Part shown: positions 14,101 to 25,756 of the stretch, piece after piece | Layout: each line of letters begins with the position of its first letter | How positions within the stretch are numbered: the stretch's first letter is position 1 | Origin: Lingula anatina | Taxonomy: Eukaryota > Animalia > Brachiopoda | Reading direction: 5' to 3' | Assembly (NCBI GenBank): GCA_051362555.1 | Contig: CM120641.1 | Span: 14,198,001-14,262,000 of the forward strand | Length of the DNA: 64,000 bases | The notes under the pieces: model-generated | Told to the model about the DNA's origin: nothing | What the model saw: the letters and a program-made list of their open reading frames with translations, nothing else | The model's database searches: none | Translations under genes and position numbers: made by a program

Positions 14101-17100
14101 ATACAGTTACTGCAAATCATATTACCTGGTTGGCCTTTTATTTAAAGGATGGAAGTATCAAAGTTGTTTCATGTCAATTGCTTTGTTCATTGTAACAAGC
14201 AGTATCATAATTGAAAAACAGGTTATTGTATACATGGTTATAATTAAGGCATGCATTCAGAATGATAGGTCATGGAATTACGTGTGTGCCAAATGCATGT
14301 AAATGTGCATATTTTTTGGTGTTTGAAGTTATTTGATATCCCAATTATTTGATTTCTAAATTATTTAAAATTATTTTATTGTAACTACTATCAATGTTTT
14401 TTTTTAATTGAAGAAGTTTATGTTTACAAGATTATATTCTTTTAAGTTAACTATTTCTAAAAGTCTACCTTGGGTGCTTATTCTTCTACTCTGTAAATCT
14501 TTGGTTGCCTTTTTTAACTTAACATTCTTCATTTCAATTTAGTCTTCGTTTATGGTCTGTTGAAGATGGGAAACATATCCAAACTCTTCATCACAATGAC
14601 AAAATAACTTGTGTCACATTTTCTGCTGATTCTGAGCACATGGTCACAGGGTCCACAGATCATTCCTTAAAAATATGGGAGGCTAAAAGTGGGAAACTTA
14701 CTCAGGTAACTGAAAATAAAAACAAGTGTCTAAATGGTGACCTTTAATTTTCCTCTAACAAAGTTGTTCTAGGAGGTATCAATTACATTCAGTGATTATA
14801 ATACATGCACTTTACATGCAGATTTGACCCAGTATGTTTTCAGATGTGTTTTGGGGGTGGGAGCATATAAGATACAATTTATATGCCAATGATGGCATGT
14901 GGGAGTGGTGAGTGTGCACATACTTGCCTGTGTAAATAAAAACAGACAAAGCCATTTTAGCTTATTATTTAAGAAAAATCTTTTAATGTAAATTGAAGTA
15001 AAAAAAGATCATTGTACCATTCCCAAGGCCAAGTGCAGAACACAGGTGCTGTACTTGCAATTTTCCTTGAGAGCTAGCAATGCCCATAAAATAACCATGC
15101 AGACCCCTCAGCCTAAGATTATTTGGGTATCTGAAATTTACATGAGATGGGTAGCACTGTAATGTCTCAATATTTTAAGTGGGGGAATTGTGAATTTTAC
15201 AGATAATTTATTTTTCCAAGTCATGGATTGGTAAAATTAGAGCATTCTTAGAGTGGTAACTACAAAACTGAAAAGTTCTATTCTAAACAGTAAAAGCACC
15301 ACAAATGCAATAGAGAGAGAGAGATTACAAAATCATGTGTCTGAAATACCTGTATTGACAATTTTCCCCATTTAAAAGATCAAGTCATTATCATATCTTG
15401 TAAAGAAGTCACTTAAAGTAAGTTACACAGGAACTTGGGAGGGGGGAAGGAGAAAAAATGTTTTAGAGTTGGTTTTATGGAAAACAGATAGTAATTTTGC
15501 AAAAGTAGAGATTATTATCAGCATTTATGGTGTATTTTTAAAGATAAGTAAACTGTCACATCTTATGCCATTTCATTGTATGAGTGATTGGACTGGGGCA
15601 TGTGTATTTATGTACAGGTCCTTGTGGAGCATACAAGTGCTGTGTTGTGTGTGGCCATGACAACTGGCAGTATTCACATAGTGTCGGGGTCTGAGGATAG
15701 GAGTGTCTTGGTGTGGGGTATGCCAACTGGAGAGGTGGAGTACAAACTGGAGGGCCATACTCAGGCAGTGACAGCAGTCAAGGTGACTGAAGATGGAGGA
15801 TCAGCTTTGTCAGGTAGATCTGTTGACCTTTTAATATTCTTCAGTTTTATTCTTTTGAAAGTTATTTTGTAGGATAGTCTTACAGATTTTTTTCATTATG
15901 TATACCAATATTATACTCAAATGAAAGTGTTTCAAGCACTTGTCTATTTTAAAATATATTTGATTGTGTATTTTTCAAAGTATTATATAGCATTTTTTTT
16001 TTTTTACTATCAAGGTTCGCTTGACTGCACATTACGTTTATGGAGCATCATCCATGGCTGCTTAATCACTTTGTTCGACATGCATCACCTTGTGGTGGAC
16101 TTAATGATAAATAGTGTTGCCAGGCGCATCATTGTTCGCCTGGATAACGAAAGATTTTTGCCAGTCTTGTGTCTTCATAACAGCCCAGTTAGTGATGTCA
16201 AATGTCAGAGTCAAATAAGCCTTCACATGGGTGAGTAATTTTGATGTATTGAAAGTGTGTGTATATTTTAATTACCAGGTGCTGTCCACATCAATATATA
16301 TGTCCAACACATTTGTTAAATGACTTTTTTTTTTTTTTTTTGTTCTTCCTTATAGATATGAACTCAACTATTAGAAATACTGGTATATACATTTATTGCC
16401 ATTAAATAAATACATTTTTCCAACTTTGCAACCGTACTCCACATTTTAGTATTTTTTTACTTCTACATGTTGTATTTGTAGAAAAATGCCTACTTGACCT
16501 GATCTGTCTCATAACATGTTGGATTGGATGTGGTGAAAACTTGAATTCAAATAACATCAGAAATGAATTTTAAGTTAATACATTGCAAACAAATCCTTGT
16601 TGTAGCTACAATAATTTTAAAGGGATTTTGATAGAACCTTATAAATTTGATGTGCTGCAACAATATAACCTCATCCTAATGCTCTGCTTTACAAAGCTAA
16701 TTAAGCACTTGGGTGGACACCTGTATTTCAGTTTTAACCTTAGAAACCACCATTCCAAGAATTTTCTTCCCCCACCCTCCCCACCATTGATACCTATTTA
16801 TGTATTTATCTAAGCTAGAGAGTGCACTCACTAAAAGGCTGTCAAAGCATGGTAAAACCTACCCCTCTTCTTATGCAAAAGATGCAGGGAGTTGGTTGCT
16901 TTATGGCTTTTTGGGAGCCTGTCGAGCCACAATCAAGTGGCCTGTGGATACTAACATAGGCTTCCACTCAAAATGTTAACTGCATTTTGATTGAGGTTAT
17001 AATTTAATAACATTTCAAAATTGAACTCTTCATTTAGAAATTCCAAAATAAATATCTTAGAGTATCCCTGACTTTGTAGATATCTGATATCAGTAATCGG

Positions 17101-17701
17101 TATTCTTTGGCAACCATTTCTAGTGTAACAACACAATATTTTGCAATCTCATACATAATACTACATAGATGACAATAAAATAAATGTATGTTTATTTTAA
17201 GTATCATTTTTGATTAATTTTTTTTTCAGCCAATAGTATTTTACCAATCCACCCCAAACCATTACCCCCAACACGGGGCAGACTGACCCATATTTATCCC
17301 ACTGAAAGAAGAAAAAACACTATTAAAAGGGTGTCACTATCTACCCTGCCAGAAATAATAAGGGTAAGAGGGTAATATTAGTAATGCTCTAATGTTATTC
17401 AAAGGTTGAACAAATGAGAACAGATTTGAGCGTAAAATCATATTTTATATTATTTGGAAAATCACAACAGCTTAGATGTTTATTATATCAGCAGAGAGCT
17501 TGCAACTTCAGTTCAGATTTTTACGCATTTTAGATGTCTCCCATTCGAGCTCCAGTGCCAGCTGGTCTTCAGGATCAAAAAACAAGAAAAATGCCAAACC
17601 GTACCCAAGCAAGTGAGACTTCCATAACAAATTTCAGTGGCCTTTTGATAAAAGAAAAGGACAAGGAATCTAAAAAGTCAAAGTTTTGCACTTTGCTTTA
17701 A
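811..17701 (+). CDS. NWD1: NACHT and WD repeat domain-containing protein (NWD1/NWD2/qui-1 family), 23 coding exons, about 1661 aa
   Basis: Phase-consistent exons: 811-925, 2189-2391, 2634-2733, 3380-3482, 3776-3924, 4354-4428, 4628-5992, 6266-6571, 6861-7094, 7423-7680, 7819-7942, 8243-8430, 8585-8710, 9117-9196, 9931-10110, 12790-12907, 13516-13706, 13834-14027, 14543-14705, 15618-15813, 16015-16230, 17230-17363, 17534-17701 (4986 nt, divisible by 3). An in-frame TGA at 775 lies upstream of ATG 811. N-terminus is DUF4062-like (VKIFICCTQSDFQLER...LPELQQYC...GPFFLCLTGNKYG), with Walker A GPVGCGKS, Walker B LILLDGID, many WD40 repeats (GHSKLVTCL...SGSQDCNVHIWD, GHEASVSCV...SGSKDGTFRVWN) and C-terminus ...KKSKFCTLL*. 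NWD1 versus NWD2 orthology is tentative. Confidence 0.9.
4628..5992 (+). CDS. NWD1: Large NACHT NTPase-encoding exon of the NWD1-like gene
   Basis: Lies within ORF 4609-6042; acceptor ttttcag at 4627 and donor G|gtaagt at 5993; contains GPVGCGKS and LILLDGID. Confidence 0.92.
11123..11302. repeat. 76-bp imperfect inverted repeat with 28-bp spacer
   Basis: Arm 11123-11198 (GTCCAAATTTTATCCAGAATTGTGCAA...GACCATTGGGTGTT) is the near reverse complement of 11227-11302. Confidence 0.9.
11307..12285. repeat. Tandem array, about 6.7 copies of a 145-147 bp unit
   Basis: Unit CTGGCAGAGATAGGTCCATAGTTACTATTGAA...TGACCTTGAAATTGACCTTTGACC... starts at 11307, 11453, 11599, 11746, 11892, 12038 and 12183. 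Confidence 0.95.
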
Positions 17702-19134
17702 TGGATAATCGTGGCTGAACAAGACCATTATTCTTCTGCAGGAATGTATATTTTATATTACCAAATTTCTAATTCCACATTTTTCTTCATCATCAGTTGC
17801 TGTACGTGCAATCCTTTATTTCTGTATCACTTTTTGCATCCGATGTAATCATATATTATTTACTTAGTATAAATGTGATATTTAGTTTTGTGTAGATCAT
17901 TTGGAATGCAGGCGATATTATACCATCTGGATACAACCACATAAATTTTTCCCAAGTATTTTTCAGTTTTAAACAACTTGAGTAATGAAAAATGAACAAA
18001 TTTTAATAACATTTATGAAACTTTATTGTAATACATCTATCAATAATGAAAATAGATTTTTTAAAAATTGCATAGCACCTGAATATAAAGCACAAAACAG
18101 CATCAATTTCCTCAAGAGAGGAACTTTGGATTTACGAATACATTTCTGATAAAGAGAAAATTGCTGCTATATGTGTAATAAAATGCTGGTATAAGTTCAG
18201 ATCTCAAATTCTGAGAATTGTAACAACTTACACCATAGTGGGAATATGACTAGAATGTAATGCCATTTTGTATCAGGCAAGTTTAAAAAAAAATTGACTA
18301 AAAATCTAATTTAAATTCAAAAACAGAAAATTAAACCCTAATATATCATAGTTTTCACTGATCAGTAGCTAAATGACTTTAAAAAACACAGTGAATGAAC
18401 TTGGTCTGCTTAATATGTAAAGTATTATATCATGAAAATGTCAACCACTTCTGTATACACGGTTTTACTTCTAACATTTATGAATCTGTGCCTAATATAA
18501 AAATAAAGTAATGATGGAATACATCAGGAATGTAAAGAAGAATATAAATATGACTTGCAGTGATTTGCAGTAATTTCTGACAGTTTGATAATTTTTGTCA
18601 ATTGAAAATTTAAAGATCTAGTCATCACCACATCACTGCAAGAATAATAAGTTTCTAATAGAGAAATGCATGATTGTGCCTTCTTTTTTAATGTCATTAA
18701 GAAGTAAAATATTATGTAATGTATGAAGTATGATTGGTTTCAGATACTTCGTTGGCTTTTTTTGCATGCACCCTTTGGAGCCATCCATTGTATGTGCAGC
18801 TATTGATGGAAATGCCGTCAAATTAAACATCACTTAAACACATACTTCAGTTGATCTCTGCAAGTGAACTACCTTGATGAGGAACTCTCTAAAAAACATG
18901 CCAGTTTGTCATAATGATAGATTTATCTTTGGTTAAATCTGTAAGATTGTTACCATTTGTATTGATGTATATTATTTATATCTGGAGTCTGTAAATAATC
19001 ACTTAAACACATGAAATGTCATGTATGAAATATGTGAATGTCTTATAATTTTGTATCTTTGAGTAATAATTTTAAACAAATGAACTAATTACACAGTGGT
19101 TGGTCATGGAACTTAATTCTATATTCAACAAATG

Positions 19135-20074
19135 CAGGCCTTCCCAACTACCAGACTCGGCACCTACGGGTCCAGTATAAACCGGTTTATCAGACCACAC
19201 TACCCGTTTTCAAGGTGTGTGTCAGATCGCATTACAGAGTATCAGCCACCACACCGATTTTGCCTGGTGCGCGATGTGATAGCAATGATCCTAAGCGGGG
19301 TTGGAAAGTAGTGCATCTCTTCTAGATTCATGCACTGCTGCAATTTTCTCTGTTTATGCTAAAATCTGACAGTACCGCAATTTTTCACATAAAATTTAGG
19401 TTCGGACATAGCCAATGATGTTTTGTAAATAAGAATTTGCAAACTTATATATTAATTTAGAAAAGTAGACCTAATTTTGATAGCAGAAGCATATTCTGTC
19501 GGGGGTTAAATATTTTCATGACTACCGGGATAGACAAGATTGAGGGCAGGGGTAATCCTAGAGAGGGGTGAGAAACGTTCATTGTTCTTGTCAGCGAGGC
19601 TGTCCTTTTTCGGGGTTTGTACGCACGGACAGAAAACTTAAGTATTGTGGTAGTACTAGTAGATATCAGCCTGTTGTCTTGAACAAGCGCCTCGATGACG
19701 AGTGAACAGTTGTCAAAAACAAAAGACCCAGGTGTGGTAGTTCAACTACTGTTCATGCGTGCCGCAACGACCAAACCTAATTGCTCCTCAAGGTCACAAA
19801 ACAATAACCGGTACTGACGGCTAGGCTCGTCTTAATCATATAAGTCGCGCGTTTCCACCCCCTGATTGAGGGAGTCGTCTGTTGTATTCATACGACTCCT
19901 ACTTGACGAAAACGAGGCGCGATACCCGGATGACAGGTAGGCTTACAGAATTTGTGATAGGGTATGATACTCTTTTATGCGATCTGACACACACCTTGAA
20001 AACGGGTAGTGTGGTCAGATATACTGGTTTATTCTGGACCCGTAGGTGCCGAGTCTGGTAGTTGGGAAGGCCTG
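19135..20074. mobile_element. MITE / non-autonomous DNA transposon, 110-bp TIRs, 5-bp TSD
   Basis: TIRs 19135-19244 and 19965-20074 (CAGGCCTTCCCAACTACCAGACTCGGCACC...) differ at only a few positions. Flanked by direct repeat AAATG (19130-19134 and 20075-20079). No transposase ORF. Confidence 0.92.
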
Positions 20075-20939
20075 AAATGTAAGGCATAACAACTTTGAAA
20101 TTATATATTTATATGTGAATGATCTGCCACAGTTTTGTTTCCAATGTAACTGTAAGTTAAACTTTTTTGTCCAACTACAGTTGAATATAATTCAGATAGT
20201 TTATGTATGTTTAAGACAACTTTGTGGTCCCAGGATATCTAACAGTTTGCCTCACCCTCCTTTCAATACTATTTTATGTACAGAAAACAGTTATGTGGGC
20301 TTTAAAGGTGTATGGGGCAGACTATGGATACACTATTCCATGTCAGAAAAGAGAAAATGGACTTCTGGGACCACCTTTGGAAGCATATCTGTCCCTGGCA
20401 GTTAATGCACAAGGTTAAACCAACTATGTAACATTTTGATTGACACTAGTTGCAGAAGCAGAAGCAGGTCAGCAAGAATTCACTCTCCAATAATCAGTGG
20501 CTCTTCCTCAATAAATAGTGTGGAGGTGGGCTGGCAACTGCTTAATTACTACAATTAAAAGCGACATCAATTTTTATGTTTCAGAATTGGTTTGACCTTG
20601 ACACACCCTATAGAAATAACCAGATAAAGTATTAGGCAATAGAATTCTGTTTTGGTAAGAGAATTTTTGACTTAAAAAATTAATTTAACTTAACGTGGTT
20701 ACCTTTGTTACCACTAATATAAATGTGACTAGAAAACAAGTGTAGATCGCATTTTAAATTATTTTTTCCTTGTAGAATGTTCACAAGAAGTTCTGAGATC
20801 CTAAACACATGAAAAAATGAACTGAACACTTGGAACTCTTCAATCAAATACCAACTGAATAAAATTTGTAAGGCCAAGCTGTCAAGAGAACTTTTAAACA
20901 TGTTTATATTACAATTGTAATACTTTCCTTCAAACTGTC

Positions 20940-23900
20940 TCATCTATGTTCTAAGTCACTTAAATCAGCAGCCATTTTTAAGAATTCATCCTGAGTGAAA
21001 TTTAGTCCTCTGTCAATATAATATCTGATTGCTTTAGCCTGATATTTGGTTGAGATCCACTCCTGTGCCCACCAATCATCCTCAACTCTTTCTGTGCTTC
21101 CATCAGCTTTGAAACGCTTTGGTTTAGGGCAACCATAATGATCTACAGTGGCTATGTGAGTTCGGGGCTTCTTACCATCCCTTATTAATCGCTCATTTTC
21201 ATGGAGACGTCTGCACACATGACATTCAAAACCATCTATAAAATTACCTCTTTGCCAGTCATTATCAATGCCCCATTCTCTCCTTTCCATTATTTCCTTC
21301 AAATAGGTATTTGTAACCCCACCTGGTTTTTTAAATTGTAAATACTTTTGGTACTCATCATCATTATTGTTGAGAAAATTCAAGTGATCTGCAAGTTCTT
21401 TGATGGTTTTGTAGTTCCTGATATCGATAATTGAATGGTTTGATGGCATCAAGTCCTGGAAATATAATATACCTTCACTACATTTATAAAATCACAAGTA
21501 TAAATGTTCAGTAATGGAAAACTGTTCATGAAAAATACACTTGTTGGTTACACCTGAAAAAATTATACCTGTGATTGTCAACAAAAATATCATTCAAAGC
21601 TTTAAAGTAAAGACATCAAAGGTTTGAAATATAGATATCAACGTTCAATCTCTGGACACTTAAAGTTCAAAAGTTTTCTCCATTGCAGATGGGTTTTTGA
21701 TTTATAATGATGAAAGAAAATGTTTATAAAAATTACTTTCTGAAAAATCAAAAAATCACATGCATGCAAATGATAGTGACATCATCTTTTTTTTTTTTTT
21801 TTTGGGGGGGGGGGGTATCAAAGTTTCAAATTTCCATTTTAATAAGCATCATAAAGCATTTTCCCTTTACAAGCTTCAAACATTTACCAGCGTCAATCTG
21901 CAGAGTATAATTATCAGTTATAAAATATGGATATCAGGTGTCTAAGAATTAAGATACAAAAAAAGATGTACTGCAAAAATGTCTTTTTACTTCTGCACTA
22001 AGCAATGCAACACTTATCATCACATAATCTACCTTAATTTTTGGTGACCCAAACACAATGGGTACAGATCCTAGTTGCAATGGTCTCCAAAATTTTTCAG
22101 TGACATAATCATCACATACTCCATTTTCAAATGCCATAGTAAATTTGTAACCAGCCATTATCTTGTAGAAGTCTTTATGAGACATTCCTTTCAATGGATC
22201 TGAAAGTCTAAAACAAGACACAACAATTAGCGTTTGGGGTTAAAATTCTTAAAAACCCCAAGTACAAATGTAACAATTGACCAAAAATACAGTACTGCTG
22301 GCATCACTTGTTGAAATAAAGACAAAATATTCTAGATTTAATCAACATATAAAAAGCTATAAAATATTTCAAATATGAAGCTCTAACAAACATTTCTACA
22401 CAACACATACTTTATTCATTCAATTTTCACACCTTATCACAATCCAAATCTTCGTGATAAGAAGGAAAGGCAATTATTTGAAGTGATGAGGTCCTTGCAT
22501 GACACATCTACATTACCCCTTTCAATATCACCAAGTGAACCCAATTTCACTGAATGGATAGACTTTTTTGCATGATTAAGAAAGAATGCATGCAATTCTG
22601 AACATCATTTAGGATATAGTTGTTATTATTACCAAAGAAGCCGATATACATGGGAATAATATAAATATTTCATGCCATTATGGTATGCTTGAGATAGCAG
22701 TACTTCCATCCTTATGCAGAATCCAACCACATTTGATAAGATCAATTCATATTATTGTCATCTGTAATAGAATGAATAAACAAGTATACTTTGTATATTT
22801 GTGACAAAGATGTCAGATTAAACATTCTTTCAACAAAAAAGATTTGCAGAAAAAAAAAACTTACTCTTTTGGTAAATCTTTGTTGTGCAAGCACTTGCCC
22901 ATGGAATCCACGGGAATAAACTTCATAAGTCTTTCTGTGAATTTCTCTCTATCTGACGGAGTGCCACAGTCACTATGTACAAAAGCCACAGGTGCCTGTT
23001 GACTAAGGAGATTGTTTTTCTCCTTTATGGGGACTAAATATTCAGTGGACTCTAACTCTTCAATTCCTTTTAGATACAAAGTAGTGGTAGGATAGTCAGA
23101 CTCTCTTTTAAATGTGCATGTATGGTTAAACAGGGTCATAATGTCAGCATGTGAGAAAAGATATTCATTTTTGGGAGATTCCTCATGTAGCAATGCCCAC
23201 TCATGGTGTGGTTGTCTAGGTATGGGAAGATCTGGAGGTGATATATCTGTGCCATAGAACATGAAAACCTAAAAAATAAAATATTTTATAATACATATCA
23301 ATCTATCAAAGGCATACTATATGGGTTTGAAGATGGCCTATAATCATATTTTCCATGTCTACATATAATGATATATATCCTGCAAAGCCACAAAACTTTC
23401 CCAATTCCAGCCTCAACAACATGGAGGGGTGGGGATGGGGCGGGCAATGATCAATGAGTAGGAGAAAATTGCTCCCAGAGGAAAAATAGCTTTTGTTGCG
23501 AAGATAGGATATCTTTGAAAGTGCAGTGTAAACCAATGAAAATTTGCTTTCTTTCTATCAGCGACTACTTTATTTATTTATTTTATTTATTTATTTATTT
23601 TTTTTTTGGGGGGGGGGGGAGTCTACAGAATTGAGTTATTAAATTGTCTTTGAAATGTATGAGATCAAATTAACTATATATAATAAAACATTGATCTTTG
23701 AAAATTCCAACTACATTTCCACGAATGAACAAATAGTCAATAATCTTAAATGAAAAAAGAAAATGTGTCAAAAAAATATAATATATATTGGCCAGCTAAC
23801 ATAGAAAAAATGAATAAAAATTAATTAATCAATCCGTAATCTAAATGCAACAAACAAATACTTACTTTTGCTCTTGGGTGATCTTTGTATGTTCTGTTCA

Positions 23901-25032
23901 CCGTAAAGAAACACTTGACATCCCCACATGACTTTACCCTTCCTTTCTCCCCAGTGAAAGGTGTCCACCACACTAACACAGGAACATTAATATTGTCTTG
24001 AAAGACAGGTTTCACATGGGGATCCCCATTTTTATCAGATTTTAATACTACCTGCTGCATTTCATCATCTGAAACAGAAAAAAATGGTAAATTATCGCAA
24101 ACACAATATCAGAGCCAAAAATGACTCTTTTTATTACTTCAACAAGTAGATAAAAAATTACACCAGCCTTTGAAACTTATCATCCATGCAGGTAGATTCC
24201 TTTTATGTTACTAATTTCTGTTGTATATCACCATACCTTGTAAAGCTCTATCATACATATCTGAATACAAATCGTCTTCTGCAGATTTAAACATCTGAAA
24301 TAATCCAAAGGAAAAATATCATTATCATAACATTACAATATGACTTTCCTTAACAAATCATCCATAAGGTGCATAGAGCACTCGCCGAGCAACCAACAAA
24401 CTTGCATCTTTCACAAAATGGCTAAAGGTTTACTGTCAGCACTGTCTCACCATGACTACATGCATGTATCAAGCCAAAAGATGCATTATAACTAACAAGA
24501 ATGAAAAGCAGCAAATACAATTTTAATCATGAAATGCAACAAATTTTGATTTTGTGCAGCAAAGTTTTCAAAATATATTTCAATAAATATAAATGAATCT
24601 TAAAATAATGGAGAAGTAAAAAACTAGGTGGCAGCATGAAAATTCTTTTCATGTTATGCACGCCAAATAAGCAAGTGTATAATAGCCAGTTTCACACAGA
24701 AAAAAATGTCATCAAAATTATATCTCATCCTTTCTTTCAAATTGTGTTTTGGACTTCAAGGGCTTATTTTGGTATTCTTTAAGAAAAGATTTTGAACTTA
24801 TTTTCATTTTACTTGGCAGTTATCAGTAGAATACATATCTGAGATGCACCTATTTTGACTATTTTGCCAACGAACATCATGTAAATTGTACCCCAGTATT
24901 TTGTTTGAATCATATCTACTAGTACTGAGATTTGTCAGAAAAAGCCAATAAAATTTTCGAAAACCTGTTTGAAAATTATGCACGCTATAAATCAGAACCG
25001 TTCGGATGTAGCTATACGATAGCAGTACGATG

Positions 25033-25069
<37 letters not shown>

Positions 25070-25465
25070 CATTTATCCCAAAAATTAAGTATTGGGGCAG
25101 TCGGTCTCTGTCAACTCGTTCAGGGAGGCACTACTAAATTTGTTTAGTGATAGACTAGATTTCTTATTCCACTTCCCCACCCGTCACGTTTTACTTAAGT
25201 GCAGGCCCAGCGACACACCAATTTGGATTCAGTTTTAACCTGTACGTGTAACGTGCTTCTACCGACCATCAACCCGACAGTCACTAATTTTACTGAAAAT
25301 TTCTACTATGTTATAACCAATAAAATATCAAACAAATGGCTGTAAAGTACTTAAATCTACACACGTGCAAGAATCATTTACCTGAAATCCCACAACGATG
25401 ATTACCAACAGAATGACCAGAAACGAAAGAAGAAATGTCCGGAAAACCCATCTGTAACTTGCCAT
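20940..25465 (-). CDS. FUT10: GT10 alpha-1,3-fucosyltransferase 10/11-like protein (POFUT3/4 type), 6 exons, 479 aa
   Basis: Exons 25465-25382 (MASYRWVFRTFLLSFLVILLVIIVVGFQ, type II anchor), 24294-24237, 24068-23866 (VLVWWTPFTG), 23268-22865 (FYGTD, WALLHEESPKN, SDCGTPSDR), 22207-22033 (YKFTMAFENGVCDDYVTEKFWRPL, the GT10 motif), 21455-20940. Total 1440 nt, all introns GT-AG. FUT10 versus FUT11 is unresolved. Confidence 0.92.
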
Positions 25466-25756
25466 GTTCTCTCTGTCTGAAGATAGGTCATGACATGAGA
25501 AAGGTCTTTAAAACTAGGTCAATAATTCCTGTGGGGCTATTTAGGAGGTGCAAAGACTTAAAACTAATGATAATAATTTGAAAAGTATTTCCATGCTCTT
25601 TTTTTTATTGAGTGACATAAGGAAAGCGCTCTGACCAAGCACATCTGAAGTAATAATAAGCGCAGACTGATAAAAAGCACCACTTCGATCTCAACCAGGA
25701 AATCTCGCACCAGCTGTACACATCTCGCGTTAACTTGAGGTAGCCATTTGCTTGCA
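25466..25756. promoter_or_regulatory. Compact bidirectional promoter between FUT10-like and SRSF7-like genes
   Basis: Divergent ATGs at 25465 (-) and 25757 (+) are separated by only 291 bp; the interval is locally CpG-rich. Confidence 0.65.

Noticed and set aside
18460-18550. Possible mir-1 gene
   Set aside because: Nucleotide 1 and the 3' end do not match miR-1, and there is no compact pre-miRNA hairpin with a complementary 5p arm.
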